From positions 310,001 through 374,000 of the forward strand of contig OW569388.1 in assembly GCA_937625935.1 (NCBI GenBank): a DNA stretch of 64,000 nt, written 5' to 3'. Each line of letters opens with the position of its first letter. Within the stretch, counting starts at the first letter, position 1. Shown here piece after piece: positions 44,732-54,729 of the stretch. This DNA comes from Tetramitus jugosus. Its lineage: Eukaryota; Protista; Heterolobosea. The position numbers and the translations under genes were made by a program. The notes under the pieces are model-generated. The model made no database searches. It saw only the letters and a program-made list of their open reading frames with translations, and was not told the origin of the DNA.

Positions 44732-46690
44732 TTAGAGTTGACTGTCTGGCATTTCTTCGTCATCTTCATCTTCGTCTGCTTCTTCCAGCATTCTTCGTTC
44801 CTCTTCGGTGAGATTCTCCAGGTCAATGTCATCCGTCAGGAGATCATCATCGTTATCTTCCATGAGTTCTTCTTCGTCACCGCCCTCTTCGTCTTCCTCT
44901 GGCATATCATTTTCGACATCATCTTCGTCGACATCAAACTCGTATGATACATTGCTCACTGCACTTGGCAATTCTGCTTCATCAGCACCTAGCATAAATC
45001 CTTCCTTTTCAGCACGAGCTTTGTACACCTTCTCGAACCAAAGATCCGTTCCTGATTTGGAAGCGCCATCCACCGGACCGAGCTTCACTTCCTTGTCCTT
45101 TTGTAACAGTGCTTGCTGATAAAACTTTTGAACGTCATCGATAAATTTGTCTGCCTTTGCTTCGTGCTCAAAAGTTTGCCACTCGTCATGCAGTCCCTTG
45201 GCAGGAGTAGGTTGTTGATACGTCATCTGAGCATTGAGTCGACTAGAGTACTGCACGATATAGTACGGCAACACCAATTCAGTGTTTGTAACGGTAAAGG
45301 AGGTGAATTGGTTCACTTGATGTGGAGCGAGAACGAGCGACAGAATCAACTTTTGGTTCTCACCATTCTTGATGTGCGAAGACACTTGAGATGGCTCATA
45401 AAAGAAATTGATTGGCTTGTTTCTATCGTATCCCTCTCTAGCAATACGCAACAAGTTATCGTCTGAATCATCAGCAATAGGAGCAAATGCCAGTATAGGC
45501 TTAAAATCCTTGAATTTCTTCTTGGCCTCAAATGCCATCTGTGCTCTGTTTCTTTCGAACCGATGAATCAAGTCGGGAGACACAATGTACTTGACTTCAG
45601 TTACCGTGTGACTTGATTTGTTCACGAGCAGACGATGGAACTCTGATTCGGCCACTCTGAAATGAATATGTGAAACTTCATTTGCAAATGTTCGTTCAGG
45701 CTTGAACGTGAACAGTCTAAATTCTTCATTCTGAATGGCTTCGTACTCACCGGCCAAGAACAATCGATTCGATGTCATTTCATCTTCATCTATATTCTTG
45801 ATACCTGATGTGAGATGAGACAACACTTGATGAGAATCTCTGTGCATTTGAACAGTTTTGTTCAGTTTGTCAATGGCTAGCTTCTCCATGGCAATTTGAG
45901 AGCTAATAATCATCTTTCTAGTGTTCAACAGATTGGTTAATGATTCATTGTCAGTCGTCTGTTTTTTGTTGTTAAAAAAGTGTAAGGTAATATCAGGCAA
46001 CAGTTGATTCTCTTCATTCTTCTGTTGCTGTTGCGAGGAAGCAGAAGAAGTATTCTTGACCTTTTTCTTGATCATTTTCTTGATTTTTCGTGTGGGAATG
46101 CTTGGTCTCATAGGAAGCTTTCCACCAGACAGCAGAGTTTCCAATGCTGTAGCTTCATCTCCGCCGCAGCAAATGAGAGCTTCCCTGATTTTTGTTTCAT
46201 GGACATCAGTCAGGATCCCCTTGATGGATCGAAGCTTGTTCTCATAGCCACGAACATTGTCTCTAATGTAACCTTCAATGTCCTCCTCTTCCACTTCAAT
46301 CTCCTCTTCCACAAACTCAATTCGAATACCGCCTCCGCTATTGTCTTTCGTCTGATTGTCCGCAGTAGTCGTAGTAAAACCGGAGAAAAGATTGGCGAGT
46401 AATCCCGAATTTTTGTTCGTTGTAGGGGGAACTGTTGTAGTCGTAGCTCCGACAGAGACGTTGTCGTGTTGTGATTCGTTGATGGACCTTGTGACAAACT
46501 TGCTTCGTGCAATGTCCAAGTCACGTTCCATCAAACACTTTAGTTTGACTGATTCTGTTCGAGAGAGTAATCTTGTCAATTCATCCAAGTCGGAACTTGA
46601 AAATTGACTCAGTATATCTTGATGCTGTAGTGTGTGACGTGTTACATGTTGGTTGGTACTGCTCGTACTACTAGCGACAGAGGTACTCAT
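44732..46690 (-). CDS. UBA/CUE-like domain plus degenerate PARP/ART-like domain, acidic tail
   Basis: IREALICCGGDEATALETLL; FRVAESEFHRLL...VTEVKYIVSPDLIHRF...ILAFAP...NLLRIAREGY...LILSLVL...VLPYYIVQY. Confidence 0.55.
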   Translation of the reverse strand: MSTSVASSTSSTNQHVTRHTLQHQDILSQFSSSDLDELTRLLSRTESVKLKCLMERDLDIARSKFVTRSINESQHDNVSVGATTTTVPPTTNKNSGLLANLFSGFTTTTADNQTKDNSGGGIRIEFVEEEIEVEEEDIEGYIRDNVRGYENKLRSIKGILTDVHETKIREALICCGGDEATALETLLSGGKLPMRPSIPTRKIKKMIKKKVKNTSSASSQQQQKNEENQLLPDITLHFFNNKKQTTDNESLTNLLNTRKMIISSQIAMEKLAIDKLNKTVQMHRDSHQVLSHLTSGIKNIDEDEMTSNRLFLAGEYEAIQNEEFRLFTFKPERTFANEVSHIHFRVAESEFHRLLVNKSSHTVTEVKYIVSPDLIHRFERNRAQMAFEAKKKFKDFKPILAFAPIADDSDDNLLRIAREGYDRNKPINFFYEPSQVSSHIKNGENQKLILSLVLAPHQVNQFTSFTVTNTELVLPYYIVQYSSRLNAQMTYQQPTPAKGLHDEWQTFEHEAKADKFIDDVQKFYQQALLQKDKEVKLGPVDGASKSGTDLWFEKVYKARAEKEGFMLGADEAELPSAVSNVSYEFDVDEDDVENDMPEEDEEGGDEEELMEDNDDDLLTDDIDLENLTEEERRMLEEADEDEDDEEMPDSQL

Positions 46691-47007
46691 TTTTTTTAGT
46701 TGTTGCCAATGTCTGTTTGTTCTGTTATTTGTTTATTTTCGCAATGTTCAAAGTGATGGTGCACTTTGCTTTTTGCCCTTCAGCAGCTACTTGTTCTTGT
46801 TGTTCGCATCGTGAACGAACAACACCAGAACTCCACATTTTTTTGACGTGGTCTGTTTTTACACTGGTGCGTCGCTGTTTCTGATCGAAAAATGTTCAAT
46901 TGTGAAAAATCACTCACACCACGTACGTTTCATGCTCATAGCTCAATTTGTGTCAATCCCATTGGATCATCGTCATTCGTTTACTCTTCTCATCAACGAC
47001 CATCGCA

Positions 47008-47871
47008 TCACAGTAAAACTCCCTTGGCAAAGCTATGAGCACCAACAAATCCCTTGAAACCAATGTATTGTACATCGATATTGTTGCCTTCAGATCCAAT
47101 TCTAGATCCAGTCAAATGAATCGTAATGTACTTTCCCCATCGAGGCACTCTCAACGGTATCATTGTACAATAGTTTTTGTCTTGTAACGAAAACGTACAA
47201 CACCGATTCTCTTGACTCAAATCTCTCTCGTCATCCGTTTGATCATCATTATCACTCTCATCATCATCATTGTTACTACTATTGCGATCCAAATGACGCA
47301 AAGAATGATGAATATAAATAGATCCTGTACCAACAGGTGAAGTATAACCGAATTCTGGTGCTTTAATGAGCACATGAGTCAACACAAAGTGTTGTTCCTG
47401 TTCCTGCTGTTCTTGTCTCTGTTCTATATCATCCAAATTTTGATATTCAAATTCTTCATTTTCTTCTTCCATTTCTTCATCATTTTGTTCTTCTTCTTCT
47501 TCTTCTTGTTGTTGTTGTTCAGTATTCAATGTAGTTTGTGGTAATGGTTGTTGTTGTGGTTGATCACACAATAATTTTTCAATATCTAATCGAACAATCA
47601 TTTTCACATCCAGAGTACGACTCGTACAGTAGACGGAAGAGTCTGGTGCGAGTGCATTTTCAGCGGGATAGTCTCTACTGAATTGACCACCATTGGATGA
47701 GATGAGTTTCATGGGTAACCATACACATTGACTATGAGAAGGCATTCGTAAAGTACTACTACTACTACTACTGGTGGTAGTGGTAAGAGGTGGAGTGTGA
47801 AGGATCATGGGTGATGATGATTGATGATGATGACTAGTAGAGTTTGTTCTTGTGTTGTGAACAAGAGTCAT
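47008..47871 (-). CDS. Galactose-binding-like/discoidin-type beta-sandwich protein with acidic insertions
   Basis: SNGGQFSRDYPAENAL.PDSSVYCT; LTHVLIKAP..GYTSPV; GKYITIHL...NIDVQYIGF. Confidence 0.6.
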   Translation of the reverse strand: MTLVHNTRTNSTSHHHQSSSPMILHTPPLTTTTSSSSSSTLRMPSHSQCVWLPMKLISSNGGQFSRDYPAENALAPDSSVYCTSRTLDVKMIVRLDIEKLLCDQPQQQPLPQTTLNTEQQQQEEEEEEQNDEEMEEENEEFEYQNLDDIEQRQEQQEQEQHFVLTHVLIKAPEFGYTSPVGTGSIYIHHSLRHLDRNSSNNDDDESDNDDQTDDERDLSQENRCCTFSLQDKNYCTMIPLRVPRWGKYITIHLTGSRIGSEGNNIDVQYIGFKGFVGAHSFAKGVLL

Positions 47872-48178
47872 AGTAGTGGAATGGTTGTTGTTGTTGGTTG
47901 TGATCAAACGAATTGCGTTCGTTGTGAGCTTGTCAGTTTTTTTTGGTGCACAGTGGAATGAAAAGAACGAGCTTGAAGAGTTTTTTTTGTCATCGGGGAT
48001 TTTCGAATGTTGATGGCGCGAAGAGAAATTCGTAGACGTATGGGTATTGAGCGACTTCTTGTCATGGGTCACATTTTGAGTTCTTTGCTAGTTCCCCTTC
48101 CTTGTTCTGTTTTCATGGGAGTCTAACATGTTTGATTCGTTGTTTGTTGTTTGATCAAACCAAACAAGCAAAATCTCC

Positions 48179-51100
48179 ATGTGGCTCTCTTCTCTAAAGA
48201 AGCGATTAGCTAATAAGTCAAAGTCGTCTCCTTCTGATACCGACAATGCAACCTCTGCAGATCCAAGTACAATCGATTGCTTGCAGCAGCAAAGAGAAAC
48301 AAAAGTAGGAAATCCCTCTTTTCCCATGATTACCTTCTCTGATAAGGCGAGTACTCCACTGCAGATTGATTCTCAGAAATTGACTGTTCAAGTGACTCTA
48401 CCCATGGTCAAAGTCACATGTTTGATGACATTTGTGAATCATCATTCTACGACATTGGAGGGAGAACTCGTGTTTCCATTGCCCGACAATGCTGCACTCA
48501 CTGGTTATGCGTTGGATGTCGATGGTGTGCTGGTTGATGCTGTTCCGATTGATAAGGAGAAGGCCAAGGTTGTTTTTGAGCAAGAGGTCAGATCTAGGGG
48601 CAAGGGTGCCGCAATTGTCGAAATGTCAGAGCAATCCAATTCGTTCAAGACGCGAGTGTATCCATTGCATCCCAATCAGAAGAAAACCATCAAGGTGGTG
48701 TATACGATGCCAGTCGAAACGACACAAGACAAGAAATCTGTGGTTCATGTGCCGTTTGGTCTGCCTCCTGGTGTGGACAAGTCACAGGTGAACATTGAGG
48801 CCAGTATTGAGTGGCTCTGCGCTTCGACTCATGAATTGAAGCTCTTCTTTAATGGTCAAATTGAAGTACGAAAAACAGCGAGCTTCAAGAACGGTTATCA
48901 AGTGGCAACGGTGGATCAAAACGATTTGAACTCTGATGTCCAAGTGCTTGTAGTTCAAAGCACTCACACCTTGGAGGATAATGTGACTATTGTGGAAGAT
49001 GCCTACTTTTGTTCCCGATTCAAGGTTCAAAAACCAGAAACGAACGCCAGGATCGATGCCGAGACTATTCAGATCATGTGGGACTGCTCCTTCAGTAGAG
49101 AAGGCAAGGTAGATCGAGATGTTCAACTACTGACGAGGATTTTGAAAGAGCTATCACCCAAGCAGATTATCTTTACACCATTTAGCAATGGTATCCTGAA
49201 AAAGCAAGAAGCAACGTTTACCAATACTCAATCCATCATCCGTCATATTCAGGAGAAGATTCACTATGATGGTGCGACCAATATTTCCATGCTAGAGCAG
49301 GGATTGAACGAGTCTGCCGCCTACTGCATTGTGTTTACCGATGGTATTCACACCTTGGGTGTGGAAGCAACCCCAGAAACAACCTATTCAATTCCGTTGT
49401 ATATTATTTCATCTGCTGTCACATCGAACAGTCAACTATTGTCCCATATTGCTACCAAGAGCGGTGGTTCGTTCCTAAGTGCTGTCAAGATGAGCGACGA
49501 TCAAGTCATTGATCAGATTGGACGACCAGTCCTCTATTTCCTTGTTGCCGATTATGAGTCAGAGCAGTTTGAAGAAGTTTATCCCAATGAACCAACCATC
49601 CTTGATCCAAATGGCTACTTTAATCTGTATGGTAAGATTAAAGAGGGAGGAGAGATGGCAGTTAGTTTTAGATATGGAGCCGATATTGTGGAGACGAGAG
49701 TGCTGCGTATTGAACAACCAAGCGACAAGCATGAAACAAGTGAAAGAATTGTTCACTTTTTGTGGGCAAAACAAAAAATGAGCTCCATGTCTGTGTTTCC
49801 TCATCTGTTCGAAGAGGAACTCAAGCAATTAGGAAGAGATTGGTCTATTGTAACTCCAAAAACTTCTTTGATTGTATTAGAGAGTTTGGAACAGTATGTA
49901 AAGCATAAAATTATGCCACCAGCATCATTGGGCACTATCAGAAAGGAGTACCTCGCTTCCTTGCTCAAGAAGGACCAAAGTGAAGAAGAAAGAGTAAGAA
50001 ACAAAATCATCAGCGTTTTAGCGACATGGGACGGAAGGAAACGTTGGCATCAAACTACTTTTATTGAGGAGGTTGAGCCAGAACCACAGAATGATAACGA
50101 TGACTTTAGCAGCTTGATTGACCCTCCGATGCCACCCTCCACTTCCATCTCTTGTCCACCACCACCGCCATCGTCTACTGATGTCCCGCCACCTCCTCCA
50201 CCTGCAACACCCTGTTCTGAGCCTCCTCCACCTCCCTCATCCGCACCTTGTCCACCCCCACCTCCAACAGCACCGATAGCATTTTCTGGACCTCCACCAC
50301 CTGCAATGCTCTGCTCTGGACCTCCACCACCGCCACCTTCATCCACACCTTGCCTACCACCACCACCACCGACAGTATATGCTGGTGCTCCACCACCTTC
50401 TCCAATGTCCAGTTTGGGACCTCCACCACCTCCTCCAGCATCCACTGGTTGTGCTATGCCTCAGACCAACTATCCTTGTGTTCCACCCTCTGGATTACTT
50501 AGATCGGTTTCCCGTCCTCCACAATCGCAGGCTACTCGTAGTGACGAAGGATCCTTGAATGGAATTCTTGCTTCTGCAATGTCAATGAGACGTTCATTTT
50601 CTGAGTCCGAGTCCGCGTCTGATTCATCCGAAGATGATGATGAATGGGACGAAGTCCCAACTCCTGCGAAGAATTCTGCAAGAAGAGAATCATCAGCTGT
50701 CAGTGCGAAAATTAATGTGCAAGTATGGAAATCATCCGCCTCGTACATGGCCACTATCCAAAATTCGACTGATCCATATGAAACGTACTTGAAGGAGAGA
50801 GATGGACATCGTTCTTCTCCTGCATTCTTTTTGGATGTCGCTGATTATTGGTTGACTCAACTCAATGAGTTAGAGACTGGTGTACTCATCTTGACCAATA
50901 TTCTGGAATTGGAGTTAGAGAATGCTCAATTATTTAGAATTGTTGGTTATCGATTGGATCAGGCCAAGCAGTATGACTTGGCTGAAATTGTGTTTGAGAA
51001 GGTAAAGAAGATGAGACCAGATGAGCCTCAAAGCTACCGTGATCTTGCTCTGATCAAAGAAAAGTTGGGCAAGTTTGAAGAAGCAGTCGAATTATTCAAC

Positions 51101-51601
51101 AAGGTGATTACAGGCGAATGGGACATGAGATTTGATGAAATTGAACAGACGGCTGCTATTGAATTGAATCATTGCTTGCAAAAGTGTCCAGATTTGAAGC
51201 CATGTCATGAACGCTTCAGATACAAGATGGACCTCGATCTGAGAATTAGTATGGCCTGGGATGTAAATGACGTTGATATTGACTTGCATGTGCATGAAGG
51301 TTGTCGAAATGGTGAGTATTGTTACTATGCGTATCCTCGAACGAGGATTGGAGGCTATGTTAGTCGTGATTTCAGACAAGGTTATGGTCCCGAGGAATAT
51401 ATGCTCCGCAAGGCTCCCACAGGCAAGTACAAAGTAGAAGCAACATATTTTGCAAATCATCAACAGTCATTGACAGGAGGAACAACCGTGCTTTGCACAT
51501 TCTTTACCAATTACATGAGAGAGGATGAGAAGTCAGAAGTAGTAACGATTCGTTTGCCTTCCAGTCGATCAAAATTCTCTGTTTGCACAATTTCTATCTG
51601 A
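48179..51601 (+). CDS. VIT + vWA-like + polyproline + TPR + DUF2135/YfaP-like protein
   Basis: LEGELVFPLPDNAALTGYALDVDG; MWDCSFSR...YDGAT...FTDG; RPDEPQSYRDLA; DLRISMAWD...DIDLHVHE...GYGPEEY. Confidence 0.85.
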   Translation: MWLSSLKKRLANKSKSSPSDTDNATSADPSTIDCLQQQRETKVGNPSFPMITFSDKASTPLQIDSQKLTVQVTLPMVKVTCLMTFVNHHSTTLEGELVFPLPDNAALTGYALDVDGVLVDAVPIDKEKAKVVFEQEVRSRGKGAAIVEMSEQSNSFKTRVYPLHPNQKKTIKVVYTMPVETTQDKKSVVHVPFGLPPGVDKSQVNIEASIEWLCASTHELKLFFNGQIEVRKTASFKNGYQVATVDQNDLNSDVQVLVVQSTHTLEDNVTIVEDAYFCSRFKVQKPETNARIDAETIQIMWDCSFSREGKVDRDVQLLTRILKELSPKQIIFTPFSNGILKKQEATFTNTQSIIRHIQEKIHYDGATNISMLEQGLNESAAYCIVFTDGIHTLGVEATPETTYSIPLYIISSAVTSNSQLLSHIATKSGGSFLSAVKMSDDQVIDQIGRPVLYFLVADYESEQFEEVYPNEPTILDPNGYFNLYGKIKEGGEMAVSFRYGADIVETRVLRIEQPSDKHETSERIVHFLWAKQKMSSMSVFPHLFEEELKQLGRDWSIVTPKTSLIVLESLEQYVKHKIMPPASLGTIRKEYLASLLKKDQSEEERVRNKIISVLATWDGRKRWHQTTFIEEVEPEPQNDNDDFSSLIDPPMPPSTSISCPPPPPSSTDVPPPPPPATPCSEPPPPPSSAPCPPPPPTAPIAFSGPPPPAMLCSGPPPPPPSSTPCLPPPPPTVYAGAPPPSPMSSLGPPPPPPASTGCAMPQTNYPCVPPSGLLRSVSRPPQSQATRSDEGSLNGILASAMSMRRSFSESESASDSSEDDDEWDEVPTPAKNSARRESSAVSAKINVQVWKSSASYMATIQNSTDPYETYLKERDGHRSSPAFFLDVADYWLTQLNELETGVLILTNILELELENAQLFRIVGYRLDQAKQYDLAEIVFEKVKKMRPDEPQSYRDLALIKEKLGKFEEAVELFNKVITGEWDMRFDEIEQTAAIELNHCLQKCPDLKPCHERFRYKMDLDLRISMAWDVNDVDIDLHVHEGCRNGEYCYYAYPRTRIGGYVSRDFRQGYGPEEYMLRKAPTGKYKVEATYFANHQQSLTGGTTVLCTFFTNYMREDEKSEVVTIRLPSSRSKFSVCTISI

Positions 51602-51658
51602 TGATTCATTCGTCTCAGATGCAATTCAATTAGTAATTACATTACAATAGCTCTTTAT

Positions 51659-54523
51659 TCAAATAAAAGTGATGAGATATTCAGGGTATGCTCTTGAATT
51701 CTCATAAATAATGAAAATGTTTCCATCTGGACTGTTGACCGCATCATATCTGATGCTGTGTGCAATATCAACACCTGTGTTCTTCACTGGCGGCATCGTG
51801 ATACTGTTATCGTTGCTCATCTTGATTGCATCACCCACAGCAACTTTGGCCAGAAACATTTGCTTTGTGTTTGTTGATTGCTTGGTGTGGGCATACCCAC
51901 CACCAGAGTAGGAAGCGTCATTTGCAAAGTAACATCCTCTTCCCCACATTCCTTGTTGAGAGTGACGCATATCAAATCCAACTTCATCTTCATAGACTTG
52001 CTTTGGAGGTGTTGATTTCGTTCCATGGAATAGGTATCGTTCGTTTGCGGCACCTCCATTCTTCATCTCGATCAGTTCTCTCTGGTTGACATACTTCTTC
52101 CACAACCATCGATTCTGAATTCGCTCCACTTTGATAATACGACATTGTGGGAGAGTATGTTTCACCCTGGCACTCACACTAATGTGCTCTCGATTTGTAG
52201 CATACAAATTAACTAACCTACAATTCTCAGTTTGAGTGGTCCAATGTTCTGGATACTTCATCGAGCTTGGTTGTTGTGACTCTGCACGAAGAATGATGTT
52301 TTCTGCTGCGTCCAACTTCTCTTTAATTCCATTTAGTGCAAAGAACTGTGAATCTCCTTCATTCATTGCAATCACTTCGACATCGGGCATGTGCTTGATC
52401 AATTTTCGAAGCTTACGAAGAGTTTGAGAAGTGTTTGTCAGCTTCCGAACTCCAATGAGTTTGTTAAGCAACTCGAACAAATCGTTCTTTGCCTTTGCAA
52501 TGTTGGAAGGCCTTCCCACAAGCTCAATAGTGACTTTCTCATCATATTGAGCACGAGGCGGAGTGTATTTCTCTTCTTTCCTCCTCATATGGCGTTGGAA
52601 TTGAGTAGCACTGTTTTGTTGAATGTGCTTTCCATTTTGATAGTCATAAACAATGTAATAGTTTTGTTTTTCGTCATCAATCATTCTCGATAAGCCAATT
52701 TCTATGTATCGCTCCTTTTGTTGATATCCCTGTTCGATTTTTTCAGCATTTTCAAAGGAGTACTCTTGCTCAACTTTTTCATCATCAATCCACACCCAGC
52801 TGCATAAAGTTCTCTGATGATCTTTCGTAGCACCCACATTATTCTTTCTGATCAACACCATTTCGACCTCTGTTTCGTTCATCATACGGTTCTTTAAAGT
52901 CTCCGCCACAGAGTATTGTATTTTGCTCAAGGATAGTTGTGTACGATGAAGAGATTGTTGGATCTCGAGCTGGAGTTCTTCGATATCTCTGGTAATATCT
53001 TGAGTATGCTGCTTATCAACTTTGAATGTGAGGCCTTCTTCCCTAGCCCTCTGTTGGAATTTTGCTCCATACTTGGCCGCAATTTGATCCACATCCTCTT
53101 TCTTCATTAGAATTCTCATGAACAACCTGCATGGCACATTGACGTTTATAGGTGAGGTGGCTGTAGGACACACAGACCGCACGAGTTCATCTATTGTGTC
53201 CAAAAGTCCAGAACTCACGCAAGTGATATTAAGCACAACTCCCGAAACAGGCTTCGGATCTTCCATTGTGAAGATGAAACTGTTCTCTCCTTTTTGCATT
53301 TCTTCCAACCTTTTCTGAAGAGACCTTCTTGTGGTTGCGAGCAGATTCTTTGGGAGTTCATATCGCAATTGTTGAACAATTAATGACTCCTTAACGGCTT
53401 TCAATTCTTTCATGACATTCTCGACTGCTTCTTTCTTTCCTTCAATCTTAAAAGCACCATTTTCCTCCTTAATACTAACTGTCTTGGCAATCTCTGATTT
53501 GGGGATAGTAAATTGTTTAAGAAAAGTCTTTTGCCCCTTTTCTCTTCCGCTGAATGTCAGAACATCTGTTTTGACATCTTTCTCATCTAAAAACCTGTTG
53601 ACCAATTGAATTGCTTCAACAATCCCTTTTGATCCAATTCCATTGAAATCTAATCCTAGATTCTGAAACACAATAGTGACTTTCAGTTTGTTCACTTCGC
53701 TCATTAGTTTTGAATCTTTGACAAGTTTGATTCTCTCTACACACAATGGCAGGTGCATGCTCGGAAATATCATCAGGAGGGCCTTGTGATATTCATCTAC
53801 ATCGCTCTTCACAGGGCTGGTCATTTCGATGTATCCTTCATTCCAGGCAATTTTCTGAAAAGAAGAGCGTACGGTAGGCCACTCCTCCGATAACAGTTCC
53901 AATTCTTTCTGCACATCAGAGCTCCAACTCACTTTTACGTACAGTCTCATCTTCTTTCGGTGAATGTCTTTCTTGGTAGCACTAATTGTCCAAGTATTAT
54001 TACTACTAATTGACACGGTTTCGGAAACATTTGAAACAGAAAGAACATGATCTTGGGCACTGTACTCTTTGAAGAACATGGATGGTTCACGAACTTCCTT
54101 GACATTCAATACTTGAATAAGATAGTCCTTGAGAATGGAATACTTTTGCTCATCACCTACAAAGGCCATCCAAATTAAATTGCTGGCCGAGGCACTCTGA
54201 TAAAACTGCAAAAAGTAGCCGCCCTGAAAGTAAAACTCACAAAAGTCTTTCAACATCATTCTGTTGTCTGGAGCAGTAGTAATCACTGCCTTTTTACTGG
54301 TGAGCCCTTGCTCTAGGTCATCTATGATGCATGATAAATTGTGTCCAGATAATTCAATGGTTTTGTTTGTTGGGTACTCGAATTGGACTTCACTGAGGCA
54401 AGGTGCCAAAAATTGTTTCACATAGCGCACGGCCAATGGTGAAGAAAATTGGAGGATTCGTCTCTCTGGTTTCTTCTTCTGGATGTCCTTTGTGTGCTTC
54501 TTTCTTGGTCGGCCTGAACTCAT
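51659..54523 (-). CDS. PARP14/PARP12-like mono-ADP-ribosyltransferase, copy 1 (KH-like repeats, 1 WWE, PARP catalytic domain)
   Basis: IIKVERIQNRWLW; YLFHGT; GMWGRGCYFA; MFLAKVAVG; IFIIYENSRAYPEYLITF; WWE motif WVWIDD...IEQGY. Confidence 0.9.
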   Translation of the reverse strand: MSSGRPRKKHTKDIQKKKPERRILQFSSPLAVRYVKQFLAPCLSEVQFEYPTNKTIELSGHNLSCIIDDLEQGLTSKKAVITTAPDNRMMLKDFCEFYFQGGYFLQFYQSASASNLIWMAFVGDEQKYSILKDYLIQVLNVKEVREPSMFFKEYSAQDHVLSVSNVSETVSISSNNTWTISATKKDIHRKKMRLYVKVSWSSDVQKELELLSEEWPTVRSSFQKIAWNEGYIEMTSPVKSDVDEYHKALLMIFPSMHLPLCVERIKLVKDSKLMSEVNKLKVTIVFQNLGLDFNGIGSKGIVEAIQLVNRFLDEKDVKTDVLTFSGREKGQKTFLKQFTIPKSEIAKTVSIKEENGAFKIEGKKEAVENVMKELKAVKESLIVQQLRYELPKNLLATTRRSLQKRLEEMQKGENSFIFTMEDPKPVSGVVLNITCVSSGLLDTIDELVRSVCPTATSPINVNVPCRLFMRILMKKEDVDQIAAKYGAKFQQRAREEGLTFKVDKQHTQDITRDIEELQLEIQQSLHRTQLSLSKIQYSVAETLKNRMMNETEVEMVLIRKNNVGATKDHQRTLCSWVWIDDEKVEQEYSFENAEKIEQGYQQKERYIEIGLSRMIDDEKQNYYIVYDYQNGKHIQQNSATQFQRHMRRKEEKYTPPRAQYDEKVTIELVGRPSNIAKAKNDLFELLNKLIGVRKLTNTSQTLRKLRKLIKHMPDVEVIAMNEGDSQFFALNGIKEKLDAAENIILRAESQQPSSMKYPEHWTTQTENCRLVNLYATNREHISVSARVKHTLPQCRIIKVERIQNRWLWKKYVNQRELIEMKNGGAANERYLFHGTKSTPPKQVYEDEVGFDMRHSQQGMWGRGCYFANDASYSGGGYAHTKQSTNTKQMFLAKVAVGDAIKMSNDNSITMPPVKNTGVDIAHSIRYDAVNSPDGNIFIIYENSRAYPEYLITFI

Positions 54524-54729
54524 TTTGTGTTTTTGTTTGGTGTGATTGCCGAAAACTTTCCTCCTTCAAGTGTCAAGATATTTTCCGCCTTTTTTGGAGG
54601 ACGCTCCTTCATTTTTGTTGGGTCGGAGATTCAATGGTCCACCGGAGATTCAATGAACCAAGGCTTGTGTCACTAAAAGCGAACAAAAAGTGATCTTTAT
54701 TTCACTTGACGTCTTGAACGATCGAATCG

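Noticed and set aside
50050-50445. Gly-rich antisense ORF
   Set aside because: It is the shadow of the polyproline region of the VIT protein. Most other short ORFs in the track are similar shadows of longer genes.
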